Part shown: piece after piece, positions 42,201-49,944 of the stretch
How positions within the stretch are numbered: the stretch's first letter is position 1
Layout: each line of letters begins with the position of its first letter
From: Frankiaceae bacterium
Lineage (GTDB): Bacteria > Actinomycetota > Actinomycetes > JAFAQI01
DNA: 54,195 nt
NCBI GenBank assembly: GCA_030840585.1
Contig: JAVEEG010000254.1
Location: 1 to 54,195, forward strand
Direction of reading: 5' to 3'
Made by a program: the position numbers and the translations under genes
Notes under the pieces: generated by a model
Seen by the model: the letters and a program-made list of their open reading frames with translations, nothing else
What the model was told of the DNA's origin: nothing
Databases searched by the model: none

Positions 42201-43553
42201 CGCACCCTGGCGGTCTCGCTCGCGCGCCAGCACTCCCCCGCCGACCTGCATCTGTACGCGCTGGACTTCGCCTCGCGCGGTTTGCGCACCCTCGCCGCGC
42301 TGCCGCACTGCGGGGCCGTCGTCGCCGGTGACGACGTCGACCGGATCGCGCGCATGTTCACGACGCTGCGCCGGTGGATCGAGGAGCGTCGGCGGCGGTT
42401 CGCCGAGACCGGCGCCACGTCCGTCGACGAGTACGCGCGCCTCAACGCTCACGCCGCGCCGATGCCAAGGGTCGTCGTCATGCTCGACGGCTACTCGGGC
42501 TTCGCCTCGGCGTTCGAGAAGGTCGAGCACGGCGCGCTGATCGACGAGCTGCCGCGGTTGGTCGGTGACGGTCATGCAGTCGGCGTTCACTTCGTCATCA
42601 CCGCGAACCGGCGCAACGCGTTGCCGCCGAGCCTCGCCGCACTCATCTCGACCTCGATCGTCTTCCGGCTGGCCGACGCCGACGACTACAGCGCCGCCGG
42701 TCTCGACGCGCGGTTGCTGAAAGGCGCCACGCTGCCACCGGGCCGCGGGTACCAAGCCGGTACGACGACCGAACTGCAGTGCGCGGTCGTAGGCATCGAT
42801 GCAAGCGGTGACGCGCAGCAGGCCGCGGTCTCCGCGATCGCCGCCGACCTCGTCGCCCGATGGCCGGGCCAGCAGGCGCCACCGGTCGCGACGTTGCCCG
42901 ACACCGTCCCGCGGCGCGACGTCGCCGGGCTGTCGCGGTCATTGCGTCCGGTCGTCGGCATCGGCGAGCGGGAGTTGGCGCCGGTCGCGATCGATCTCGA
43001 AGAAGCGCACTTCTTCGTGGCCGGCCCGATCCGATCCGGCAAGTCCGCTGCACTCGCTGCCCTAGCGCTCGGGCTTCGGGAAGCGGATCCGGATCTGCGA
43101 CTCGTCCTGCTGGCACCGCGGCGATCGCCGTTGACATCGTTGACGATCTGGTCGGCACTCGCCCGCACGGACGACGACATCACCGCGTTGTGCGAGCAAC
43201 TCGAACAGACCGCATCGGACAGCACCGCCGAGCCCACTGTCGTCGTACTTGACGACGGGCAAGAACTACTTGACAGCGCGGCGAGCGGCAGCCTGGAGAT
43301 GATGGCGCGGCGCGGTCGGGACACAACGTTGCGCCTCGTTGCCGCGTGCGACATCACCGCCGCGTTGCGCGCGTACGGCGGTTGGGTCGGCGAGCTGAAG
43401 AAGGACCGGCACGGCCTGCTGCTGCAGCCGGATGCGGACAACGACGGCGATCTGTTCGGGCTTCGATTGCCGCAGCTGCGGACCAATCCGCCAGGGCGGG
43501 GTTACCTAGTCACTCGATTTGGCGCAGAGCCAGTACAGGTCGCGCAATCGTGA
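39267..43553 (+). CDS. EssC/EccC-like type VII secretion ATPase: ubiquitin-like + FHA + 2 TM + three FtsK/SpoIIIE P-loop modules
   Basis: The ORF is open from TTG 39258. ATG 39267 was chosen, and ATG 39279 is also possible. The FHA segment is 'GEVTIGRGN..SSLHARL..DLGSSNGTFVNG'. Walker A motifs lie at 41211-41237 (GGTTGAGKS), 42169-42195 (GASGAGKTT) and 43023-43046 (GPIRSGKS). Walker B is 'LLVVVDEF'. Confidence 0.9.
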   Translation: MDLWMRVEASDTPARDVAVECSPENTVEQLLGALREHLRLDLATAAITRTGERLSPRATLQDAGLRSGDTLRPRVTPVRGGPAHRLVVAGGVDVGQSADLDTSTGEVTIGRGNRAGLRVHDSTVSSLHARLRRTPDGYTVEDLGSSNGTFVNGVPVTGAVAVEVGDLVEVGDVALRIAAAPMPPPPIPLSEGRLQFTRGPRVSRANATTVFEVPAPPEEPTKRRFALSTALVPLAIAPVMALITHQISYLAMAALSPLIAVASVVEDRRHGSKDHGKKVDAFRRAVDSASTSMAESVQDETVARWLAFPDPADIVRRTTGPAADLWERRLADPDALALRVGWGDLPASARWAMREGGEQQLRDEAAGALGQHGVVRSAPATVTLKTTPVVGVSGSTDDVDETARWLVAQAAALHSPRELSVVVAVGDARADAWEWAAWLPHCREADAPEGSMATVAVGGAEAIAAVGALNDLVSQRIRQRDDRSAAKAPSAAVLAVIDHRAGVPAPLVTDLLERGPGAGVHVIWLGESRTSLPGETSAIVDIRERTVSVTTVAGGAGVSEAMRDRCPPELAADVARALAGVRDASARNAVRGDLPAAVSLSTVLGGIDVDRIVTAWTRDHRKLDAPLGLGEHGVFSVDLRHDGPHGLLGGTTGAGKSELLQTLIASLAARHPPTRLTFLLVDYKGGAAFKDCVHLPHVVGFVTDLGGALVNRALVSLGAEVHRRERLLAEAGAKDLLDMERIAPDRAPASLLVVVDEFATLAKELPEFVDGVVNIAQRGRSLGVHLILATQRPAGVVNDNIRANTNMRIALRMNDETDSRDVVGVPDAARLPRSIPGRAYVRTGAGELALVQVAFAGATDAPSAEASTIVVADIERGRVVHRDRTITTAAPAASGSTDLERVVAASVAGADKLALPAPVTPWLPPLPDLVRLDDLDGAGIGLVDVPAQQRQVPYAVNLQTDGNLLVLGASGAGKTTLLRTLAVSLARQHSPADLHLYALDFASRGLRTLAALPHCGAVVAGDDVDRIARMFTTLRRWIEERRRRFAETGATSVDEYARLNAHAAPMPRVVVMLDGYSGFASAFEKVEHGALIDELPRLVGDGHAVGVHFVITANRRNALPPSLAALISTSIVFRLADADDYSAAGLDARLLKGATLPPGRGYQAGTTTELQCAVVGIDASGDAQQAAVSAIAADLVARWPGQQAPPVATLPDTVPRRDVAGLSRSLRPVVGIGERELAPVAIDLEEAHFFVAGPIRSGKSAALAALALGLREADPDLRLVLLAPRRSPLTSLTIWSALARTDDDITALCEQLEQTASDSTAEPTVVVLDDGQELLDSAASGSLEMMARRGRDTTLRLVAACDITAALRAYGGWVGELKKDRHGLLLQPDADNDGDLFGLRLPQLRTNPPGRGYLVTRFGAEPVQVAQS

Positions 43554-43610
43554 TCTAGAGTCCGCAAACGTCGAGCCGAACCGGCGGCCGACACAACCGA
43601 AGGGCGTGCA

Positions 43611-44204
43611 ATGACGCGAATCTCGGTGGATGCAAAGAGCCTGACTACGTACGGCACGGCGGCCGAGCAGGCGTTCAAAGGCGTACGTACCGAACTCACG
43701 GGTCTCGTGCACAGCTGCACGACCGTTCCTTACGAGGGCCCGAACTCGGCGGCGTTTAAGAACGGCTGCGGCAAGCTCGCGACCGAGTTCTCCGCGTCAC
43801 TGCTCAGCGACATCGGCAAGTTCACCGACGCCGTCCGCGACGTGACGACGGGCATCGCGCGCTCGCTCGGCGGGCATCCCGTGACGATTCACTTCAACGG
43901 CAGCCCGATCACGGCGCCGGCGGTCCCGGCCGCGGACCCCAACTACACGATGGTCGACACGTCGCCGCTGCATCAGCTGAAGTCGACGGTGCACGGCCAC
44001 TTCAACAAGATCAACGCGCACCTCGACGAGCACCTGCGCGCCTTCCAGCACGCGAAGTGGGAAGGCCACGCGCGCGAGGCTGCGCACAGCGCGCTGCGGA
44101 CCTTTACGTCGAACACGAAGTCGGACGTCACCCAAGCGCAGCAGCACATCGAGAAGTTCATCGACGAGCAGATCCAGAGCGTCACCACCGCCGACCAGGG
44201 GTAG
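43611..44204 (+). CDS. single-chain tandem WXG100-like protein
   Basis: 197 aa; ATG follows GAAGGG. The first hairpin carries 'YEGPNSAAF' (43731-43739). The second carries the canonical 'WEGHAREAAHSAL' (44058-44066). A Pro-rich linker between them contains YTMVD (43944-43958). Confidence 0.65.
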   Translation: MTRISVDAKSLTTYGTAAEQAFKGVRTELTGLVHSCTTVPYEGPNSAAFKNGCGKLATEFSASLLSDIGKFTDAVRDVTTGIARSLGGHPVTIHFNGSPITAPAVPAADPNYTMVDTSPLHQLKSTVHGHFNKINAHLDEHLRAFQHAKWEGHAREAAHSALRTFTSNTKSDVTQAQQHIEKFIDEQIQSVTTADQG

Positions 44205-44210
44205 CGACCG

Positions 44211-44531
44211 ATGGTGACGTTGCCGCCGAAGCCTCCCGGTGACGTGGCAGCGACGCAAGCGATGATCCGCAAGTTGCAAAGCGAGCGCAACGGCGTCGTG
44301 GAACTGCGGAAAGCGCTGGCGAACCTGCTCAACGGAGCTGAGGATCTCTCCGGCATCTACATGCTCGGCGTGACGACGTTCCGGCTGAGTGCGATCGCGC
44401 AGGTCGACATCGCGATCACCGGAGTCGACGCGGCGATTGCCTCAGCGAAGACTGCCGTCGCGCGGCTGGAGCACGACCTCGCCGCGTGGCGGCAGGAGTG
44501 CGCCCGGATCCAGGCGGCGGCGTCACCATGA
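44211..44531 (+). CDS. small helical protein (about 100 aa, PE/EsxB-sized partner candidate)
   Basis: 106 aa, predicted helical. Its stop overlaps the next start (ATGA at 44528-44531). Confidence 0.55.
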   Translation: MVTLPPKPPGDVAATQAMIRKLQSERNGVVELRKALANLLNGAEDLSGIYMLGVTTFRLSAIAQVDIAITGVDAAIASAKTAVARLEHDLAAWRQECARIQAAASP

Positions 44532-45640
44532 GCGACTCGATGGACCTCGAGCAGGTCGAGGCATTGCTGCGGAACATGGGTCACGTCGTTCAACGGGTCG
44601 AGACGATGGGCGGTGCGCTCGGCGCGGCGTGGCAAGGAGTCGACCTGCCGCGGGGCTGCGACCTCTCCGGGCTCGCCCTTGCACTCAAGAGCCTTCAGGC
44701 GGTCGGGCAGGAGACGGCAAGCCAGGCGAAGTTGTTGTACGACACCGTCACCGAGGCCACGAAGGCCGACAAGAGTTGGGGCGATCACGTCAAGGGCTGG
44801 CTGACGCCGCCGAAGACCGGCCATCACTCCCTCGACGCCGTCTTCGGCGCGCCGGCTTCCGTCGCCGCCGGCGCCACCGACGTCGGTTACGACCTCGGCG
44901 CCGGTGTCGTCGGGTTGACCTGGGACATCATCGACATCCCCGGCGACGTCAACGCCTACCGGCACGGCGACGTGATGCCGATCCAGAAGCCCGGGCTCGG
45001 CCTGATCAATGTCGCCGTCAATCCCGAGGATGCGGGCAAGGCGCTGATCGGCTGGAAGTACCACAACGACCCGCTACGGATGGGCACGTATGCGGTCGGC
45101 AACCTGCTCACGATGATCGCGACCGGCGGCCTCGGCGAGCTCGCGGAGGGCACGCTCGCTGCCCGGCTGGCCAAGCTCACCGCGGAAGGCAGCACGACCA
45201 GCCGCTCGCTCGCAAAGGCCATCGAGGACCTCGAGCGCAGGCGAGCCGAGTTGCCCTCGAGCCGGCAGCGGTCGCCCGGCAAGCGCAAGTGGGTCCGGCA
45301 AGAGAAGTCGTCGATCGACCGCGACCTCGAGCGGCTGCGCAAGCATCTCAACGAACACCAAGAGCACATGACGAACGTTCGCGACCGCTACAACGCGCTC
45401 GCGAACCTGCGCAACAACCGTTGGGTCACGGGCTTCGGCGACGCGACCGCGCTGTACATCCCGACGGCGGTCCAGAAAGTCGTGAACTGGATCAGCCATG
45501 GCCACAGTGACGCGATCAAGGAGATTCTGGAGAAGTACATGGAACTCCAGGGCTACGCGACCGGCGGCCAGGACTACACCGACAGCAAGGAAGCCCGCCG
45601 CCGGTTGGCCGAGTTCGCCGCGAACCACCCGAGGAGCTGA
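44528..45640 (+). CDS. WXG-headed putative type VII substrate/effector
   Basis: ATG 44528 lies in frame inside the track ORF 44486..45640. The N-terminal helical hairpin carries 'GAAWQGVDL' (WQG at 44630-44638). The middle is a Gly-rich hydrophobic segment '...NLLTMIATGGLGELAEG'. The last ~150 aa are charged and helical. Confidence 0.6.
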   Translation: MSDSMDLEQVEALLRNMGHVVQRVETMGGALGAAWQGVDLPRGCDLSGLALALKSLQAVGQETASQAKLLYDTVTEATKADKSWGDHVKGWLTPPKTGHHSLDAVFGAPASVAAGATDVGYDLGAGVVGLTWDIIDIPGDVNAYRHGDVMPIQKPGLGLINVAVNPEDAGKALIGWKYHNDPLRMGTYAVGNLLTMIATGGLGELAEGTLAARLAKLTAEGSTTSRSLAKAIEDLERRRAELPSSRQRSPGKRKWVRQEKSSIDRDLERLRKHLNEHQEHMTNVRDRYNALANLRNNRWVTGFGDATALYIPTAVQKVVNWISHGHSDAIKEILEKYMELQGYATGGQDYTDSKEARRRLAEFAANHPRS

Positions 45641-45641
45641 C

Positions 45642-46361
45642 GTGGCTTACAGCCTGAGTTTCACCACCGAGGAGTGGGCAGCGGCGATCGCCGCACTCGA
45701 ACTCCCCGAACCACTCGGCCTCGATGGCATCACCGGCCCACCGGACGGTGAGCCCGACAGTGCGGCGCTGGCCGTCGGCGCTCGGTCGTTGCTGGGTCGC
45801 GGATTGTTCGACCCGTCCGACTCCGATCGCGACGTCCATCCGTTGTTCGTCGGGCTGCTGCTCGCTTTGCTCGAAGCGGAAGAGGTCGTCGTCGTCACCA
45901 CCGCGTACCCGGGCGCGACCACCACCAACGGTTGGTACGTCGTCGGCGCGACCGGCGTATCGATGTCGCAGGATCCGTTGACGAATCTGCGGTTCCGGGT
46001 CGCGCCGGCGAACGAGGTGATCGCGCAGGCGAAGGACACGTTCGCGCAACTCGCGACGGCGGCGCCGGCCCGCGAGCAGTACCCGGTCGAGCCGAGCGAT
46101 CTACGCGCCGTACTCGAATCATTGACCGGCGAGGACCAGCCGAGCCCGGTGCTACGGACCGGGGGGACATCCCGCCCGGTCTCGTTCCTCGCCAGCATTC
46201 GCGGCTGGACCCGCGAGGGTCAGGACGTCGTCGAGTCGAGCCTGTTCGCGGTCGGCTTGACCGGTCACGGCAACTGGGTCGTCGACGACGGTGGCGGCGT
46301 ACCCGTACTCACCCAGATGCGCTCGCCATGGCCCGATGCGTTGAACCGGTTCACCGCCTGA
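45642..46361 (+). CDS. EspG-like chaperone candidate (alternatively an immunity protein)
   Basis: GTG 45642 sits 5 nt after GAGGAG and 1 nt after the upstream stop. 'LSFTTEEWAAAIAALELPEPLGL...ARSLLGRGLFDP...VHPLFVGLLLALLEAEEVVVV' follows the EspG N-terminal pattern as I recall it. Confidence 0.45.
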   Translation: MAYSLSFTTEEWAAAIAALELPEPLGLDGITGPPDGEPDSAALAVGARSLLGRGLFDPSDSDRDVHPLFVGLLLALLEAEEVVVVTTAYPGATTTNGWYVVGATGVSMSQDPLTNLRFRVAPANEVIAQAKDTFAQLATAAPAREQYPVEPSDLRAVLESLTGEDQPSPVLRTGGTSRPVSFLASIRGWTREGQDVVESSLFAVGLTGHGNWVVDDGGGVPVLTQMRSPWPDALNRFTA

Positions 46362-46420
46362 GCAGTTGCGTTGCCAGTCGCGCACGGCGACCCTAAAGTG
46401 ACCGCTCAAAAGGGGGAACC

Positions 46421-46981
46421 GTGCTCGCCATCATCGTTATCGCCGTGGCAGCGCTCGTGCTGCTGCTGGTCATCCTCGGGTTCAACAGCCTCGTGCGGTC
46501 CCGCAACAAGACCGACAACGCGTGGGCGCAGGTCGACGTCCAGCTGACGAAGCGCCACGACCTGATCCCGAACCTCGTCGAGACGGTCAAGGGTTACGCG
46601 GCCCACGAGCGGCAGACCTTTGAAGCCGTGACGGCCGCGCGCACCGCCGCGCTGAACACCCGCGGCCCGGCTGCACAGGCGGGAGCCGAGAATGCGTTGA
46701 CCGCGGCGGTGGGCCGGTTGATGGCGGTCGCCGAGAACTACCCCCAGCTGCGGTCGAGCGCGAACTTCCTCGCGCTCCAGGATCAGCTCTCCTCCGTCGA
46801 GTCCGGCATCGCGTATGCCCGGCAGTACTACAACGACTCGGTCCTGACGTACGAGAACCGCCGCAATCAGTTCCCATTGTTGCTGATCGCGGGTCCGCTC
46901 GGTTTCGGCCAGCGTGAGTACTTCAAGGCCGATGCGGCCGCGACCGAACCGGTCGCGACGTCCTTCACCGCCTCCCCGTGA
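46421..46981 (+). CDS. lemA: LemA family protein
   Basis: An N-terminal TM helix is followed by 'FNSLVRSRNKTDNAWAQVDVQLTKRHDLIPNLVETVKGYAAHE' and 'AENYPQLRSSANFLALQDQL...YYNDSV..YEN'. Confidence 0.9.
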   Translation: MLAIIVIAVAALVLLLVILGFNSLVRSRNKTDNAWAQVDVQLTKRHDLIPNLVETVKGYAAHERQTFEAVTAARTAALNTRGPAAQAGAENALTAAVGRLMAVAENYPQLRSSANFLALQDQLSSVESGIAYARQYYNDSVLTYENRRNQFPLLLIAGPLGFGQREYFKADAAATEPVATSFTASP

Positions 46982-48450
46982 TCGTCGCGGCGCTGACCGC
47001 CGCGACTACCGCGAGTCGCCATCAGACGGTTGTCTTCCAGCTCGGCGTCGACAAGGTCGCGTTGGCCATCGGCGCACTCATCGCGCTCGCCGCGCTCGCC
47101 ATTGTCGTCGTACGCCGGGAGCGCCCGCCGGCCGCCGGACCTCGCACCCTCGACTTGCCACCTCAAAGCCCCGCCGTCGCCGCGCTACTGGTCAACACTC
47201 GAGAGGTGCCGGGCGAAGCTGCCGCGGCGACGCTCGTCGATCTGGCCAGCCGCGGCGTCCTCGAGATCGTCGAGATGGGCGGCGGCACGCCGGGCGTCCG
47301 GCTGACCCGGCGTGAGTTGCCGGACCTGACGCCGTACGAGAAACGAGTTCTCGACCTCGTCCGCGCCCACGCCGACGGCGACGGCATCGCTCCCGGCGGC
47401 GCGCTCGCGCTGGCCGGCGACAAGGAGTCGACCGCATGGCTCGAGGGGCTCCGGGCAGAAGTGCGGGCCGAGGCACAGCGCAACGGTTGGGTCCGCTCCC
47501 GGTACGGGCGCGAGGTTCTGGCGCTCGGCGTCGTGCTGGCCGCGGCCGCGCTGGTCATCGGGATCTGGGGCTACGCGACCGCGACGACGTACAACTCCTA
47601 CCTGCCTCACCCCGTCGTTCCGAACGAGCGGCTACGGAACCTGCTTGCGCTTGCTGCCGTCGTCGTCGGCGTGCTCGACTTCGTCATCGTCACAAAGCTC
47701 GCCGGTAGCCACGCTCAACTCCTCACCCGCGCGGGCCGGCCGGTAGCCGCGGCGTGGCTCGGCGTCGCCGCGCATCTTCGGGACGACGAGCAACTCAGCG
47801 ATGCGCCGCCGGGCGCGGTCGCCGTTTGGCACCGGCTGCTTGCGTACGCGACCGCGTTCGGTGTCGCCCATCGCGTGCAGGAGGAACTCCCCCTCGGCCC
47901 CGAGTCGACGACTCATGCCTGGAGCGCGGAGAGCGGGCGCTGGCGAATCGTTCGGATCCGCTATCCGAAGTGGTGGCCGCCTGGCTGGGGCAAGCGGCCG
48001 GGCGAGATGCTCCTCCAAGGGGCGATCCTCGGCCTGCAATCCGGGGTGCCGATCGCGGTCATCGTGGTGCTCGGATCGAAACTGGCCGACGCCAGCATCC
48101 TCAGCCATGTCAACGTCCCGTGGTACGCCTACCTGATCGCTGCAGTGGTCGTCGGGGCGTTCGCCCTCAGTGCGCTAAGAGCCGTCGTGTCGATCGTGGT
48201 CGGCCTCGCAACGCTCGCGGCTCTCGCCGGAGCGCAACGCGAGGTCACCGGTCGCGCGGTGCGCGTGCGTCCAATCACTGGGGACGGCGGCAAGTGGGTC
48301 GCGTTGGACGACGGCAGCCGTAACGAGATTCCGGCGTACCAGGTCCGGATCGCCAACGACATCACCCAAGGCGACCGCGTGCGGCTACGGGTGCGACCCA
48401 TCACCGGCGAGGTGCGTTCCGCCGAGGTGGTCGGCGACAAGCCGGCCTAA
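46978..48450 (+). CDS. DUF2207-like membrane protein (the usual LemA partner)
   Basis: The GTG start overlaps the lemA stop (GTGA). 'PPQSPAVAALLVNTREVPGEAAAATLVDLASRGVLEIVE' resembles the DUF2207 C-terminal module. Several TM helices are present. Confidence 0.6.
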   Translation: MIVAALTAATTASRHQTVVFQLGVDKVALAIGALIALAALAIVVVRRERPPAAGPRTLDLPPQSPAVAALLVNTREVPGEAAAATLVDLASRGVLEIVEMGGGTPGVRLTRRELPDLTPYEKRVLDLVRAHADGDGIAPGGALALAGDKESTAWLEGLRAEVRAEAQRNGWVRSRYGREVLALGVVLAAAALVIGIWGYATATTYNSYLPHPVVPNERLRNLLALAAVVVGVLDFVIVTKLAGSHAQLLTRAGRPVAAAWLGVAAHLRDDEQLSDAPPGAVAVWHRLLAYATAFGVAHRVQEELPLGPESTTHAWSAESGRWRIVRIRYPKWWPPGWGKRPGEMLLQGAILGLQSGVPIAVIVVLGSKLADASILSHVNVPWYAYLIAAVVVGAFALSALRAVVSIVVGLATLAALAGAQREVTGRAVRVRPITGDGGKWVALDDGSRNEIPAYQVRIANDITQGDRVRLRVRPITGEVRSAEVVGDKPA

Positions 48451-48457
48451 CCCGCTG

Positions 48458-48503
48458 GAGTGTGTACTCGCGGCGGTCATGACGACCGCAATCGCACACA
48501 CTC
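48458..48503. terminator. weak nested hairpin between convergent genes
   Basis: The outer 8-bp stem pairs gagtgtgt (48458-48465) with acacactc (48496-48503). The inner 6-bp stem pairs gcggtc (48473-48478) with gaccgc (48484-48489). There is no T-tract. Confidence 0.25.
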
Positions 48504-48520
48504 GCGCGGACGCTAGGGGA

Positions 48521-49933
48521 TTACCAGCGGAGGCGGAGTGAGGAGAACTCGTCGCCGAACGCGGTGATCTTGCGGCCGCCGCCCGCGAAGCACCAGAAGC
48601 CGCGGCATCCCTGCGGCTTGCGCGCGACGACGACGCGACCGGCCGGCGCCGCATCCGGCGGGACGAACTCATCGGTTTCGCTGTGGTACAGCGTGCGGAT
48701 CCAGACCGCAAGCTCCGGACCGATCGTGACGTTCAGCTGACCCTGACTGTCGCTGAAGTTGCGATCGTTGTACGCCTCCAACGTGCGGCCCGGCGCACCG
48801 AAGAACATCAGTGACGCCAACTCGTCCTCGGCTTCCCGGTCGTTCGTGAACACCTGCCACCACTCGGTGCCGACCACATCGATGTCGTTGAGGCTCGATA
48901 TCTCGTCCGCCCGGGTCGGCGCGATCGAGAGCTCGTCCCACACCGGCTCGAGCGAGTTGACGAGGTCGATAAAGTTGCCGACGAACTCGACCAGCGCGCG
49001 GATCTCGGTCAGCTCGTCGCGCGCGGTGGCGAGCGCGCCCATGATGCTGTCCTTGGCGAACGGGGAGTTCTCCGGCAGCACCAGCAACGCGGGCCCGTTG
49101 AAGTCAGGGTTGAAGAACATCAGCAGCACGGTCGGGATCGGGATCGGCGGCAGGTCCACGGGGAACACGAGGTCGATCCACGGCGTCGACACGCCGGCCG
49201 CAGTCAGCCGAAAGTGCGCCTCGATCCATCGCCGTACGGTTAGCGGAGCGGACAAGCTGACGTAGTCGGTGAACGGCGGGATCATCGTCAACTCGACCGC
49301 GGTATTGAGGATGTGATCCGGCGACGGCACGAACTCCGAACCGGTGCCGCTCACGTTCTGGCTCGACCAGCCGAACGACGCGACCGGCACTTTGTTCTCG
49401 TCGAGGACTCGCCACCGCGCCTCGATAGTCGCGTTCACATTGACGAGTTCGTCGAGGATCTCGAACACCGGGACCGTGCCGGTGAGCAGACCGATCGTGC
49501 CGGGAACGCCAGCCGGAACGGGCGTGCCGGGCACCGGGATGGACGGCTGCACCGGCAACTGATCGACCACGGTCGGTGGGTCGTCGAGATCGTCGGCGCT
49601 CGGTGGCGTCGAGATCGGCTGAAACAGCACGTTCTCGCTGACCCACTGCAAGTTGATCGGCTCCTGCACGATCTTGCGTACCTCGGTGGTCCCCGACACC
49701 GACAGCGGGTTGTGCCGCGGCGGGAACACCCCGCCGTCGCCTACCTCCCGCGCGCCGGGATGCACGCCAGGCTGCAGCGAGCCCGGCAGGGTCAGCATCG
49801 CGGAGAACTGGCGCTTGCGCACCGGGTCCGGGGTCGCGATGAGCTGGATCTGCTGCGCCAGCTGGTTCAACGCATCGTCGAGCGTCGGCATCGCCAGAGC
49901 ATGCCGCACGGTCGGACGAAAAACCGGCGGCAC
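48521..49933 (-). CDS. hypothetical protein (orphan, no signal peptide); the C-terminal ~90 aa are loosely beta/gamma-crystallin (Greek-key)-like
   Basis: 470-aa ORF with good GC3. GTG 49933 lies 11 nt after the UPF0182 stop; ATG 49891 is an alternative start. 'LEAYNDRNFSDSQGQLNV' and 'ITAFGDEFSSLRLRW' recall Y/FxxxxF...S Greek-key signatures. Confidence 0.6.
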   Translation of the reverse strand: MPPVFRPTVRHALAMPTLDDALNQLAQQIQLIATPDPVRKRQFSAMLTLPGSLQPGVHPGAREVGDGGVFPPRHNPLSVSGTTEVRKIVQEPINLQWVSENVLFQPISTPPSADDLDDPPTVVDQLPVQPSIPVPGTPVPAGVPGTIGLLTGTVPVFEILDELVNVNATIEARWRVLDENKVPVASFGWSSQNVSGTGSEFVPSPDHILNTAVELTMIPPFTDYVSLSAPLTVRRWIEAHFRLTAAGVSTPWIDLVFPVDLPPIPIPTVLLMFFNPDFNGPALLVLPENSPFAKDSIMGALATARDELTEIRALVEFVGNFIDLVNSLEPVWDELSIAPTRADEISSLNDIDVVGTEWWQVFTNDREAEDELASLMFFGAPGRTLEAYNDRNFSDSQGQLNVTIGPELAVWIRTLYHSETDEFVPPDAAPAGRVVVARKPQGCRGFWCFAGGGRKITAFGDEFSSLRLRW

Positions 49934-49944
49934 GCCGAGCGCCG

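Noticed and set aside
39555-43486. Minus-strand ORFs 39555..40829, 41721..42755 and 42686..43486, and plus-strand off-frame ORFs within the ATPase gene
   Set aside because: The plus-strand frame 39258..43553 carries FHA and three complete P-loop modules. The others are low-complexity shadows.
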